A stretch of 64,000 bases of DNA from a bacterium BMS3Abin11 (GCA_002897635.1 BDTD01000007.1:16907-80906); one strand, 5' to 3'; shown: positions 40,957 to 50,773, counted from the first letter of the stretch. Notes: generated by a model from the sequence alone, not told the origin. Numbers and translations: made by a program.

Positions 40957-43494
40957 ATGGACCCCTCAGCCAAGCCAGTCTGGAACAGGCGCTGGTTTCG
41001 TATAACTTCTGTTATTGTTATTGTTTTTGCACTAATTCTAACGGCACTACCCTTCGTCATCAGCGGTGTAATGAAGTCCTGGTTGCTGGAAAATGTCGCC
41101 GATAATGTTGCGATAGAAAATATAGACTTCAACCCATTTACCGGCACGATAGCCGTGTATGGACTCGATGTCAGGATCGATGATAAACCAGTAATCTCAG
41201 ACTCCCTTGTGTACCTGGATATCAGCCTGACAGCCTTGTTCAAAAAGAGCATTACTATCGAATCTGCAACTATAGATAAACTGGAGATCAATATTGAACA
41301 AACTGCTGATGGCAAGATTCGCATCGGCAGCCTGATGATAGACCCCGGCAAAGCACCAGATAAAAAGGTCAAAGAAGAAATTGGGAAAGAAGTTGCCTGG
41401 TGGCTGGACTTAGAAAAAATCACGGTTAATGAGAGCGTAGTAAATTATACAGGTCCTCAGCTGACGACTAGCCTGTTTCTTGATAGTGTTTCCCTGCAGA
41501 ACCTAAGCACAAAACCGGGTGACCAGTCTGCAAAGCTCAATCTGAAGGCCCGTCTAAATAAATCAGACATCAGTGCCACGATAACCCTGGATCAGCTAAC
41601 ACCTGAAATTAGGGCTGGTGGTAACATCTCGATTCAAAAAATTAACCTCAATGAATTTGCCGGACTAACTACCGACTTACTCGACAGGCTTGCTGGCCTC
41701 ATTGACCTGTCAGGCAAGTTTTCAGTCTCTGTCTCACAGAATAGCGATATTGATGCCAGCTATGCCGGCAACACATTAATAAACAGCATTGATGTGAGCA
41801 GCAAAGATTTTACCCTGGCGGGTACTGAGCTTAACTGGGACGGTAACTTGTCGTTTAAGACTCAATCAGTTAGCTCTCGGAAAATAATCAAATTTGATGG
41901 CAAGCTGAATGCTAATGAACTCGCTCTCGACCTGGCTAAACAAAACCTCTCTATCCAGCAACAGGAAATAAGCCTGAATCCTCAACTGTCACTGCAAATA
42001 ACAGATGAAGCGACAGGCTTAAGTGGGACTACGAATGTCCAGGCCAGCGGAACGCTTATAAAGGATACGGCAAAAAACCTGACACTACTGACTATCAAAA
42101 ATCTGGATGTGAACGATGTCCAGGCAGAAAGTCTGCAGCAGGTAAAAATCAGCAGTATTACTATTAAGAAAACTGGCTTAATACAAAGGCAGGATAGCAA
42201 GCAGCCTGCCATTACCATAGGTGAAACCATTTTCACTGACCTCAACTATGATCGTAACGAACTGGCAATACAGAACGTAGCAATGAGCAAACTGACGGGC
42301 AGTTTAGTGCGTGAGAAGAATGGCTCAATCGACATCAGCAATGACTTACAAACATCTGATAAGGTCAACATAAAAGCTGGTACAAAGAAAGGGCCAGAAA
42401 CCAGGGAAACTCAGACTAGTACCGAAAAGGCGTCTTCTAATAAATTTTTTGGGATAAAAATTGCAGAATTTAGTGTCAGGGACAACAGCAAGATTCAATT
42501 TACCGACAAAACAGTCTCACCTGTATTCACATCTACACTTGACATCAATACACTAAAAATCACGGACATTAACAGCAGCAAACCTGATCAGGCAATTGCA
42601 ATCAATCTGGATGGCAAGCTTAATAATTACGCCACACTTGCAGTCAATGGCTCGGTCAAACCTTTTAAGAAGCAACCTGACGTCGACCTGAAGATCAAAC
42701 TTAATAATCTGAATATGGTTGCGTTGTCACCATACGTCATTTCATCGACAGGCTATTTAATACACGCCGGCCAGCTGAACCTGGATTCAGCAATTTTGAT
42801 CAATAACGGCCGTATCGATGCCAAAAATACCTTTTTCATGAAAAAACTCAGTATGGATGAGGCGGATACAACAATAGCCAGGGAAAATGCCGGCAGTATA
42901 GGCATGCCGCTGGACAAGGCACTCGATATGTTGCGTGACAGGAATGACAATATCAAACTTGAAATACCCATCAAAGGCAAGCTGGATGAAATCAAAATTG
43001 GAACTGCTCAGATCCTCAATACCGTGTTAAAAAAGGCTACAACAGTAGGCATGAAGACCTATCTTATTTATGCCTTTCAACCCTATGGCGCATTAATTAT
43101 GGTAGGTCAGGCAGTTGGCAAACAGGCTGGTAAAATAAACCTGGAACCTGTCATATATGAAGCAGGTGATAGTGACCTGACAAGAAAACAAAAGAAATAT
43201 CTGGGAAAATTAGGCAAAGTCATGCAGGACAGGCCGAAGATTGATGTGCAGATCTGTGCATACACTACCATTGCTGACCTGTCTCTTAAAAAGGATTCAG
43301 CAAAAGAAAAAGGATCTGATGAGCTATCTCAACGACAGATTGATAAATCGTTTAAGCTCGGCTCAGAGAGACAAAAAACAATTAAGGACTATCTGATCTC
43401 AAAATTCAAAATAAATAATGGACGCCTGATACTGTGCGAACCTGAATACGATGATAGAAAAGATGCCAGGCCCAGGGTAGAATTGTTTATTTAA
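40957..43494 (+). CDS. AsmA-like/DUF748 family large envelope protein with an N-terminal TM anchor
   Basis: N-terminal TM (WFRITSVIVIVFALILTALPFVI) followed by a long predicted beta-rich repeat region typical of AsmA/TamB-like DUF748 proteins. Start at MDPSAKP with GAGAAG upstream; the track ORF starts at 40903. Confidence 0.55.
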   Translation: MDPSAKPVWNRRWFRITSVIVIVFALILTALPFVISGVMKSWLLENVADNVAIENIDFNPFTGTIAVYGLDVRIDDKPVISDSLVYLDISLTALFKKSITIESATIDKLEINIEQTADGKIRIGSLMIDPGKAPDKKVKEEIGKEVAWWLDLEKITVNESVVNYTGPQLTTSLFLDSVSLQNLSTKPGDQSAKLNLKARLNKSDISATITLDQLTPEIRAGGNISIQKINLNEFAGLTTDLLDRLAGLIDLSGKFSVSVSQNSDIDASYAGNTLINSIDVSSKDFTLAGTELNWDGNLSFKTQSVSSRKIIKFDGKLNANELALDLAKQNLSIQQQEISLNPQLSLQITDEATGLSGTTNVQASGTLIKDTAKNLTLLTIKNLDVNDVQAESLQQVKISSITIKKTGLIQRQDSKQPAITIGETIFTDLNYDRNELAIQNVAMSKLTGSLVREKNGSIDISNDLQTSDKVNIKAGTKKGPETRETQTSTEKASSNKFFGIKIAEFSVRDNSKIQFTDKTVSPVFTSTLDINTLKITDINSSKPDQAIAINLDGKLNNYATLAVNGSVKPFKKQPDVDLKIKLNNLNMVALSPYVISSTGYLIHAGQLNLDSAILINNGRIDAKNTFFMKKLSMDEADTTIARENAGSIGMPLDKALDMLRDRNDNIKLEIPIKGKLDEIKIGTAQILNTVLKKATTVGMKTYLIYAFQPYGALIMVGQAVGKQAGKINLEPVIYEAGDSDLTRKQKKYLGKLGKVMQDRPKIDVQICAYTTIADLSLKKDSAKEKGSDELSQRQIDKSFKLGSERQKTIKDYLISKFKINNGRLILCEPEYDDRKDARPRVELFI

Positions 43495-43508
43495 CTGTAG
43501 ACTAGAGC

Positions 43509-43672
43509 TAAGGAACCTCTGATTAATTCTGGACGAAGTAGATTGCGACTAAAATATTCAGGTTTAAGGCGCAAATCGCACGTAATAGCTAGCTATTGCG
43601 AAGGTTTGCAACGAAAAAACTGGATATTTTAGGCGTGAGATACGAGTCCACGAATTGATCAGAGGTTCCCTA
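43509..43672. repeat. Family-1 MITE-like element, subfamily b (copy E), 164 bp
   Basis: AAGGAACCTCTGATTAATTCTGGACGAAG ... core AATCGCACGTAATAGCTAGCTATTGCGAAGG ... CGAATTGATCAGAGGTTCCC. The right terminal inverted repeat AGAGGT sits 6 nt before the ATG of the next gene and acts as its Shine-Dalgarno sequence. Confidence 0.8.
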
Positions 43673-43674
43673 AC

Positions 43675-45282
43675 ATGACTAAACTCATCAATGCTCTGCT
43701 AAACCCGTCGGTCTACGACCATGCTGTAGATAAGATCGAACTCCTACAGACCCATATCTCATGGGTCATACTCACCGGAGACTTTGCCTATAAAATCAAG
43801 AAGCCAGTGAACTTTGGATTTCTCGACTTTTCATCTCTGGGAAAGCGCAGGCATTACTGTGAGGAAGAATTACGCCTCAATCGACGCCTTGCTCCACAAC
43901 TCTACCTGGATGTCATCACCATCACGGGCAGTGAAGAACTGCCTGCCATAAACGGTACTGGAAAGGTGCTGGAATATGCAGTAAAGATGCGGCAATTTCC
44001 GACAGAAAGCCTCCTTATCAACATGATTAATACCGGTGATCTTAGAGAAATCCACATGGACTGGCTGGCACATAGTATTGCCAGTTTCCATCATCAAACA
44101 GGTGTGGCAAAAGCTGGAGCTGAATTCGGTACATTAGCTGCCGTTGAAAAACCGGTAAAGGAAAACTTCCAACAGATTCGTCAACATATTCAGAATACAG
44201 AAATCCTGAAACAGCTGGATGCAATAGAGGGATGGTGTACTGATGTTTTCTTTAATCTGGAAACAGCATTTCGTAAACGCAAACAGGATGGTTTTATTCG
44301 CGAGTGCCACGGCGATTTACATCTTGGCAACATTATCCTGCTGCATGAAAAAATCATTCCTTTTGACTGTATCGAATTTAATGAAAATCTTCGCTGGATT
44401 GATGTCCTAAGTGAAATCGCGTTCCTTGTTATGGATCTGGAGGATCATCAGCGACCGGATCTTGGTAGACATTTTCTAAACAAATACCTTGAACTGACTG
44501 GGGACTATAGTAACCTCAATATATTTCAATATTACAAAGTTTATCGCGCTATGGTGCGTGCAAAAATTAATACCCTCCAACTAAAGCAGGAAGGAATGGC
44601 TCAATCTCAAATAAAAGCCATATATAAACAATGCAAAAACTACGTCAATCTGGGCAGTAGCTATATTATCGACCAGAAACCTGTGTTGATAATTATGCAT
44701 GGCTTCAGTGGTTCGGGTAAAACAACGGTTAGCCAATTTATTGTTGAAGCCTTGCCGGTAATACGAATTCGTTCTGATATTGAACGCAAACGTCTATATA
44801 AACTAAAGCCCACAGAAAAAAGCCTGTCTGGAATCAACAAAGGTGTCTATAATGATGAGGCATCCCGAAAAACATATAACCATCTTCGAAGACTCGCAGA
44901 AGATATTCTCCTTGCAGGCAAATCAGTGATTGTTGATGCTGCTTTTTTACAGGCCGAACAACGTAAACAATTCGCAGAACTTGCATCTATACACAATATG
45001 CCTTACCACATCATTGACTGCCATGCTGAACGTGGAATACTGGTACAACGTATTTCTGAAAGACAAATTTATGGCAACGATGCCTCGGAAGCATCACTGA
45101 AAGTTCTTTACAATCAGCAGGAAAATCATGACCCGCTAACGGATGAAGAACGGGCTATATCTTTCACTATAGGGAGTACTGAAGCCATGGCTATCAAAAC
45201 AGTGACTGACCATCTCGGTGCACTGATCCGCGGCCGTACCGTACCAGATAGTTTTCCCGACGAGAAAACCCCTTATCGTTAA
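43675..45282 (+). CDS. Bifunctional aminoglycoside-phosphotransferase-like kinase / AAA (zeta-toxin-like P-loop) protein
   Basis: N-terminal APH/choline-kinase fold with HGDLHLGNI (Brenner motif) and a C-terminal Walker A GFSGSGKTT. Confidence 0.7.
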   Translation: MTKLINALLNPSVYDHAVDKIELLQTHISWVILTGDFAYKIKKPVNFGFLDFSSLGKRRHYCEEELRLNRRLAPQLYLDVITITGSEELPAINGTGKVLEYAVKMRQFPTESLLINMINTGDLREIHMDWLAHSIASFHHQTGVAKAGAEFGTLAAVEKPVKENFQQIRQHIQNTEILKQLDAIEGWCTDVFFNLETAFRKRKQDGFIRECHGDLHLGNIILLHEKIIPFDCIEFNENLRWIDVLSEIAFLVMDLEDHQRPDLGRHFLNKYLELTGDYSNLNIFQYYKVYRAMVRAKINTLQLKQEGMAQSQIKAIYKQCKNYVNLGSSYIIDQKPVLIIMHGFSGSGKTTVSQFIVEALPVIRIRSDIERKRLYKLKPTEKSLSGINKGVYNDEASRKTYNHLRRLAEDILLAGKSVIVDAAFLQAEQRKQFAELASIHNMPYHIIDCHAERGILVQRISERQIYGNDASEASLKVLYNQQENHDPLTDEERAISFTIGSTEAMAIKTVTDHLGALIRGRTVPDSFPDEKTPYR

Positions 45283-45462
45283 TCCACGGGGTACAATCAA
45301 AACATTATTTCAATTAAAATCCATCCACAATGCATATTATAATCATCGCCTGGCTGTATGTTATGATGATGGTCTCGATCAGTTACTGGCCGGATCATTT
45401 CGGTATTATTTGGCGTTTTGTTCTGTTTGGGCTGCTACCTGCTTTTTTATGGTTCAAAATGG

Positions 45463-46236
45463 TTATGTTTGTCCGGCGCCGGCCTGATGATCAAGCCAGA
45501 TCAGCGTCGCCATCCGACCACAGTCTCCCTGTCGACGATGCGAAAAAAAACGCTGCTGGTCAGTAAAAGTGCAGTAATTACCACCACTTACTTCAGTAAC
45601 CCCGGACATCAGCAAACGAAGACTCGCCAGTTTATAGATATCGACCAGCCATTTGCCTTTTTTGGTTGATTCTCTGCACCAGCCTTCCTGTGTTACGTTG
45701 TTATATTCCATCTTAGTGGAAAGCCGCGAAACAACTTCTTCGCCGACCTCAAATTTTTCAGGTCCAATGGCAGGGCCCAACCAGGCAAGAACGTCGTCAG
45801 CCGGGGAAAATTTCTTTACACCAGCTTCCAGGATGCCATCAGCCAGGCCACGCCAGCCAGTGTGAAGGGCTGCGACACGCAACCCCTTTCGGTCAGTCAA
45901 TAGTACGGGTAGACAATCAGCGGTCATCACTGCGCAGACTGTTTCAACCTTTGTCACAGTGCTGCCATCTGCTCTGTAGTCAGGCTCTGCCCGGTCAATA
46001 TCTACAATTCTGGTTGAGTGATACTGATCAAGCCAGTGTGGCTGGTTACGCAAACCCAATAATTGCTGAACCCGGCTACGATTCTGCATCACGGCCTGTT
46101 CGTCATCATGCACATGAGCGGCCAGGTTCATGCTGTAATAGTTTCCCCGGCTGACCCCACCATGACGGGTAGTACTCACAGCACGCACATGTGCTGGTGC
46201 CGGCCAGTCAGGTATCAACCAGTCATGAGGCGGCAT
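45463..46236 (-). CDS. pgeF: Purine nucleoside phosphorylase / polyphenol oxidase-like YfiH
   Basis: DUF152/laccase-domain motifs (ALHTGWRG, C...H). The rluD-pgeF neighbourhood is conserved as in E. coli. Confidence 0.85.
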   Translation of the reverse strand: MPPHDWLIPDWPAPAHVRAVSTTRHGGVSRGNYYSMNLAAHVHDDEQAVMQNRSRVQQLLGLRNQPHWLDQYHSTRIVDIDRAEPDYRADGSTVTKVETVCAVMTADCLPVLLTDRKGLRVAALHTGWRGLADGILEAGVKKFSPADDVLAWLGPAIGPEKFEVGEEVVSRLSTKMEYNNVTQEGWCRESTKKGKWLVDIYKLASLRLLMSGVTEVSGGNYCTFTDQQRFFSHRRQGDCGRMATLIWLDHQAGAGQT

Positions 46237-46247
46237 ATTGATCAGGA

Positions 46248-46419
46248 ATGCCCTTTAAGGGCGTCTCTATTAATTCTGGATAGATCAGATTGTATTCCAA
46301 CTCGTTCATATCAAGGCAAGGATCGCACGTAATAGCTAGCTATTGCGAAGATTCTTAACGCAGAGAGGGACGAGTTGGGATGGAAGATGAATATTCATGG
46401 ATTAATAGAGGCGCCCTTT
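46248..46419. repeat. Family-1 MITE-like element, subfamily a (copy F), 172 bp
   Basis: AAGGGCGTCTCTATTAATTCTGGATAG ... CATATCAAGGCAAGGATCGCACGTAATAGCTAGCTATTGCGAAGATTCTTAACGCAGAGAG ... CATGGATTAATAGAGGCGCCCTT. The right terminal inverted repeat encodes the last 8 codons and the stop of rluD. The element's internal ATG opens a 28-codon ORF that overlaps the pgeF start. Confidence 0.85.
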
Positions 46420-47399
46420 TTGTCATCTCTAAGTACATCTACCAGCAACTGCATATCTGCTGGCATAGGCACCGTCCAGCTCAGCAATTCACCACTGACA
46501 GGGTGATGCAAAGCCAGTGTTTCAGCATGTAGAGCCTGTCTCCGGAAACCACGCAGGGTATTTAGCAGCTGTCCGGAAGATGCCGGCGGCACATGCAGGC
46601 GTTTTCCGTAGACTGGATCGCCGGCGATAGGATGACCCTGCCAGTTCATGTGGACACGGATTTGATGTGTACGGCCGGTTTCAAGTGTCACCCTGACCAG
46701 GGTATGGGCACGGAACTTCTCTTCTACCCGGTAATGCGTCACGGCCGGTTTGCCACGGTTGTTTACGGCCATTTTTGTACGTTCACGGCTATGCCGGCCA
46801 ATCGGGGCGTCAATCGTTCCGCCTGCCACAATCTGAGAAACGATCACCGCCAGATATTCACGTCTAACCTGCTTCTCCTGTATTGCTTCAACAAGGGCCT
46901 TTACCGCCTTTTCATTACGCGCTATTACCAGCAGGCCCGTCGTTTCTTTGTCAATTCGATGTACAATTCCGGCCCGTGGCAGCACCGCCAGCGATTCGTC
47001 GAAGTGCAACAGGGCATTTAGCAGTGTGCCATCAGGGTTACCCGTTCCCGGATGTACGACCAGACCCGCCGGCTTGTTGATGACAAGAATATCTTCATCC
47101 TGGTAGACCATATCCAGAGGAATATCCTGAGCCTGAGAGTCAGTCGCTACCGGTGCAGGCACATGAATCACTACAGCCTGCCCTTCCCTTACCTTCGTTT
47201 TTTGCCCTTCAGCTTTCCCGTCCAGGGTCACCCGCCCATCTTTTATCCAGTGCTGAATTGCCGAACGGGAATATTGGCCGAACAGGGTCGCTAATGCTTT
47301 ATCGAGACGAAAACCGTTACATAATTCAGGGATTATCCCCTGTAACAGGGTTTCTTCACATTGATGAAGCACTAGATTCGGGTTATCCTTCGGTTCCAT
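46395..47399 (-). CDS. rluD: 23S rRNA pseudouridine(1911/1915/1917) synthase RluD
   Basis: S4 domain plus RluA-family catalytic motif HRIDKETTGLLVIA. Confidence 0.92.
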   Translation of the reverse strand: MEPKDNPNLVLHQCEETLLQGIIPELCNGFRLDKALATLFGQYSRSAIQHWIKDGRVTLDGKAEGQKTKVREGQAVVIHVPAPVATDSQAQDIPLDMVYQDEDILVINKPAGLVVHPGTGNPDGTLLNALLHFDESLAVLPRAGIVHRIDKETTGLLVIARNEKAVKALVEAIQEKQVRREYLAVIVSQIVAGGTIDAPIGRHSRERTKMAVNNRGKPAVTHYRVEEKFRAHTLVRVTLETGRTHQIRVHMNWQGHPIAGDPVYGKRLHVPPASSGQLLNTLRGFRRQALHAETLALHHPVSGELLSWTVPMPADMQLLVDVLRDDKKGASINP

Positions 47400-47412
47400 T
47401 TCTGAACACTAT

Positions 47413-48216
47413 ATGCAGCAATCTTCAATGAACGCCACAAGACTCCTTTTAATAATAACATTACCGCTGATTCTATCAGCTTGCTCCTGGTTTAAGGACA
47501 ATGAAAAGGTTGATGATACTGTCCCGGCACAAACCCTCTATTCCAGGGCCAAGAAAGAGCTCACATCAAATAACTGGGAAGCCGCAATTAAGCAGTACGA
47601 AGCACTACGCGTCCGGTATCCTTTTGGTAAGTATTCGCAACAGACCGAGATGGAACTGGCTTACGCCTATTACAAAAATGGCGAACCGGAACTGGCTATC
47701 GCCGCTGCAGACCGCTTCATCCACAACTATCCTACCCAACCAAATCTGGATTATGCCTATTATCTAAAAGGCCTGTCTGACTTTAAAGACAGTAAATCTA
47801 TCATGGACAGGATTACAGGGGGCTACGATTTCTCAGATCGCGACCCAAAAGCCGCATTGCAGGCCTACAAGGATTTCTCAATTTTGCTGGAGAAGTTTCC
47901 CGAAAGTCGTTATGCCGACGATGCCCGTCAACGAATGAGATTTATCCTGGAAACGCAGGCTGTACATGAAATCAGGGTGGCGCGTCACTATCTCAAAATC
48001 GAGGCCTATGTTGCTGCCCTGAACCGGGCAAAATATGTCATTGAGCACTACCAGCGCACCCCTTCTGTTGAGGACGCACTTGGACTGCAAGCCACTATCT
48101 ACGCCACCATTGGCATGCCGGATCTGGCAAATGACAGTCTCAGGGTACTCAAACTCAATTTCCCGAAAAGTCGTTATATAAAGCGGGCCGAGAAATTACT
48201 GGCTAAAAAAGGGTGA
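47413..48216 (+). CDS. bamD: Outer membrane protein assembly factor BamD (YfiO), TPR lipoprotein
   Basis: Lipobox LSAC and TPR repeats. Divergent from rluD as in E. coli. Confidence 0.9.
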   Translation: MQQSSMNATRLLLIITLPLILSACSWFKDNEKVDDTVPAQTLYSRAKKELTSNNWEAAIKQYEALRVRYPFGKYSQQTEMELAYAYYKNGEPELAIAAADRFIHNYPTQPNLDYAYYLKGLSDFKDSKSIMDRITGGYDFSDRDPKAALQAYKDFSILLEKFPESRYADDARQRMRFILETQAVHEIRVARHYLKIEAYVAALNRAKYVIEHYQRTPSVEDALGLQATIYATIGMPDLANDSLRVLKLNFPKSRYIKRAEKLLAKKG

Positions 48217-48237
48217 TTGGTGGTTTGAAGTTGGTAA

Positions 48238-48936
48238 CTAACGTAGTGATTTGTCTATAAATTGTGCTTCAGGACATTTCACCATAACAGCAGCTACAAA
48301 CTTTTCATCAGCCTGCCACTGCCTGACTGACCAGTCACTATCGTTAGCACACCCAAGTTTATCCCTGATTTTAAGATCACCCTTCTCTGATAGCAGGCAT
48401 TCAAACCGATCCAGTCCAGCCAGTAGTTTCATTCCACGCGCCTTAACAGCGGCCTCTTTCAATACCCACATTCTGTAAAACAGGCTGTCATTATCACTCG
48501 AATCAATCAGAGAGCTTTCTTCTTCAGTAAAAAAACGGCGAGCTAGTGCTGCATAATCACGGTTAGCCTGAATTTGTTCAATATCGATACCTATATCACT
48601 CTCAGCTGCCACAGACAGCAGGAAGCAATGACCGCTATGGCTGAGGTTAAAACGCAACTTTGGTGGCCCAGTTGCCAGCTCTGGTTTGCCATTTTCACCC
48701 GGGATGAAAGTGAGTTCATTCGCCGGACATCTAACATAGCTTTCCAGGATTAACCGTAGAGCGGAACGAGTCCGGAGAAAGCGCGACCTGGCTTTATGGT
48801 GACTTAAGCCGGCAAAGCGGGTTATTTCATCGTCCGATAGAAGCTCCGGTAAATCCAGTGCTGGGTCATCCAGTGAAAGACTCCAGATATGAACTGTACC
48901 GTTGGCTGGCAAAGCCTGTTCACTAATGCGTATCAT
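48238..48936 (-). CDS. 4'-phosphopantetheinyl transferase (Sfp/EntD type)
   Basis: FNLSHSG ... GIDIE ... WVLKEAAVKA motifs. Confidence 0.8.
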   Translation of the reverse strand: MIRISEQALPANGTVHIWSLSLDDPALDLPELLSDDEITRFAGLSHHKARSRFLRTRSALRLILESYVRCPANELTFIPGENGKPELATGPPKLRFNLSHSGHCFLLSVAAESDIGIDIEQIQANRDYAALARRFFTEEESSLIDSSDNDSLFYRMWVLKEAAVKARGMKLLAGLDRFECLLSEKGDLKIRDKLGCANDSDWSVRQWQADEKFVAAVMVKCPEAQFIDKSLR

Positions 48937-50611
48937 TCGTTAACACGTGCCGCATATAAGCTGAAGTAATGGGATAGCGCCGATCTCTGCCGAAAGCTCT
49001 TTTTGTTATTCGCACTCCGGGCGCAGCCTGTTTGCGTTTATATTCATTCAGATCTACCAGGTAAAGAACCTTTCGCACCGTGTTGCGATCAAAGCCTTTC
49101 GCCACGATTTCTTCAAGTCCACAATCATCTTCTATATACATTTCAAGAATAGCATCAAGAATTTCATATACCGGTAGTGAATCTTCATCCTTCTGATCAT
49201 CAGCCAGTTCAGCACTCGGCGGCCGGTCTATCACGCGCTGCGGGATTACCTGCGACTGACTATTACGCCAGTTTGCCAGCTCATAGACCAGCATCTTCGG
49301 TACATCTTTGATCACTGCATACCCCCCCGCCATGTCACCATAAAGGGTGGCATAACCAACTGCCATTTCACTTTTATTGCCGGTGGTCAACACAATGCGA
49401 CCCTGTTTGTTGGATATGGCCATCAATATAATTCCTCGACAGCGAGCCTGAATGTTCTCTTCGGTGGTATCGACTGCTGCTGCGGCAAAAGTCTCCTTAA
49501 GACCGTCAAGAAATGCCATAAACATCGGTTCGATAGTGATGGTCTGGTAATGCACACCGAGTACCCCGGCCTGCTCCCTGGCATCCTCAATACTCATGGA
49601 CTGGGTATAGCGCGAAGGCATAAGTACAGCCTTAACATTCTCCGCGCCTAGTGCATCACTGGCAATGACCAGTGTCAGTGCGGAATCGACACCGCCCGAC
49701 AGTCCGATTACCGCCCCCTTGAAGCCATTTTTTAATGCATAGTCACGCACACCAAGCACAAGTGCCCGGTATACATTTTCAATTCGGGGTAAATCAGGAG
49801 CAAGTACTGACGGCTCTGGCTGTAAACCTTTATCAGCGCAGGTAATTTCAATCAACGAAAGATCTTCTAAAAACACCGGTGCCTGCAGAACACGTGCACC
49901 GCTGGCATCAACAACAAAAGAACCACCATCAAAAACCAGTTCATCCTGACCGCCAACCATATTGACATAGACCACAGGCACAGAATTTAATCGTGCCTGC
50001 TCTGCAACCACTGTTATACGTTCAGCCCGCTTGTCCATATGATATGGTGACGCGTTGAGATTAAGAATAAGCTTCGCACCGGCCTGAACTGCCTGCCTGG
50101 CAGGGCCATCCTGCCAGATGTCCTCACAAATGGTGACACCGATCTTTCCTGCATATGTTTCCACTATGCAAGGGCTGCCACCCGCAGTGAAATACCGTTT
50201 TTCATCGAAAACGCCGAAATTAGGCAGGCTCTGTTTGTCATAACGCGCTATCTGCACACCATCTTTAATTATTACGGCAGAGTTATACAAACAGTCTTCT
50301 TCCTGCATCGGACAACCGATAATAGCCGTGATGCCATGCACATGTCTGCAAAGCTCATCCAGCACTTTACGGGTATCAGCGATAAAGCCATGACGCAACA
50401 ATAGATCTTCAGGTGGATAGCCCGTCAGGTTAAGCTCAGGGAAAAGAATAATATCTGCACCCAGTTCATCCCTGGCCCGCACCACCCACTGCAGTATTTT
50501 GTCAGCATTCCCCTGCAGATCTCCAACCAGACAGTCATGCTGAGCGAGGGCAATTTTCAAGGACGCCCCGGTTGATACTGGATGATCAGATTGTGATTCA
50601 AAACCAGTCAT
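48923..50611 (-). CDS. nadE: Glutamine-dependent NAD+ synthetase (nitrilase-like domain plus NAD synthase domain)
   Basis: N-terminal CN-hydrolase domain and C-terminal SGGVDS PP-loop. The first roughly 17 codons of the track ORF lie inside repeat copy G. The true start may be the TTG at 50559, giving (M)KIALAQ. Confidence 0.9.
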   Translation of the reverse strand: MTGFESQSDHPVSTGASLKIALAQHDCLVGDLQGNADKILQWVVRARDELGADIILFPELNLTGYPPEDLLLRHGFIADTRKVLDELCRHVHGITAIIGCPMQEEDCLYNSAVIIKDGVQIARYDKQSLPNFGVFDEKRYFTAGGSPCIVETYAGKIGVTICEDIWQDGPARQAVQAGAKLILNLNASPYHMDKRAERITVVAEQARLNSVPVVYVNMVGGQDELVFDGGSFVVDASGARVLQAPVFLEDLSLIEITCADKGLQPEPSVLAPDLPRIENVYRALVLGVRDYALKNGFKGAVIGLSGGVDSALTLVIASDALGAENVKAVLMPSRYTQSMSIEDAREQAGVLGVHYQTITIEPMFMAFLDGLKETFAAAAVDTTEENIQARCRGIILMAISNKQGRIVLTTGNKSEMAVGYATLYGDMAGGYAVIKDVPKMLVYELANWRNSQSQVIPQRVIDRPPSAELADDQKDEDSLPVYEILDAILEMYIEDDCGLEEIVAKGFDRNTVRKVLYLVDLNEYKRKQAAPGVRITKRAFGRDRRYPITSAYMRHVLTNDTH

Positions 50612-50773
50612 ATCAAGACAAGGATCGCACGGCCGCTCATTGACATCCTGTCACTGCGGCACTTGTACATCCCTGTACGTCGTAATAGCTGGCTATTGCG
50701 AAGATTCTTAACGCAGAGATGGCTGGTTTTGAATTCAAGATGATTATTCATGTATTAATCGGGGCGCCCTTCA
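50558..50773. repeat. Family-1 MITE-like element, subfamily a (copy G), with a degenerate left terminal inverted repeat and a roughly 50 bp insertion inside the core
   Basis: CTGGATGATCAGATTGTGATTCAAAACCAGTCATATCAAGACAAGGATCGCACG-[insertion]-TCGTAATAGCTGGCTATTGCGAAGATTCTTAACGCAGAGATGG ... CATGTATTAATCGGGGCGCCCTT. Confidence 0.75.

Noticed and set aside
45330-45566. 78 aa hydrophobic ORF overlapping the pgeF 3' end on the opposite strand
   Set aside because: About 100 bp of antisense overlap with a well-supported conserved gene, and no independent support.
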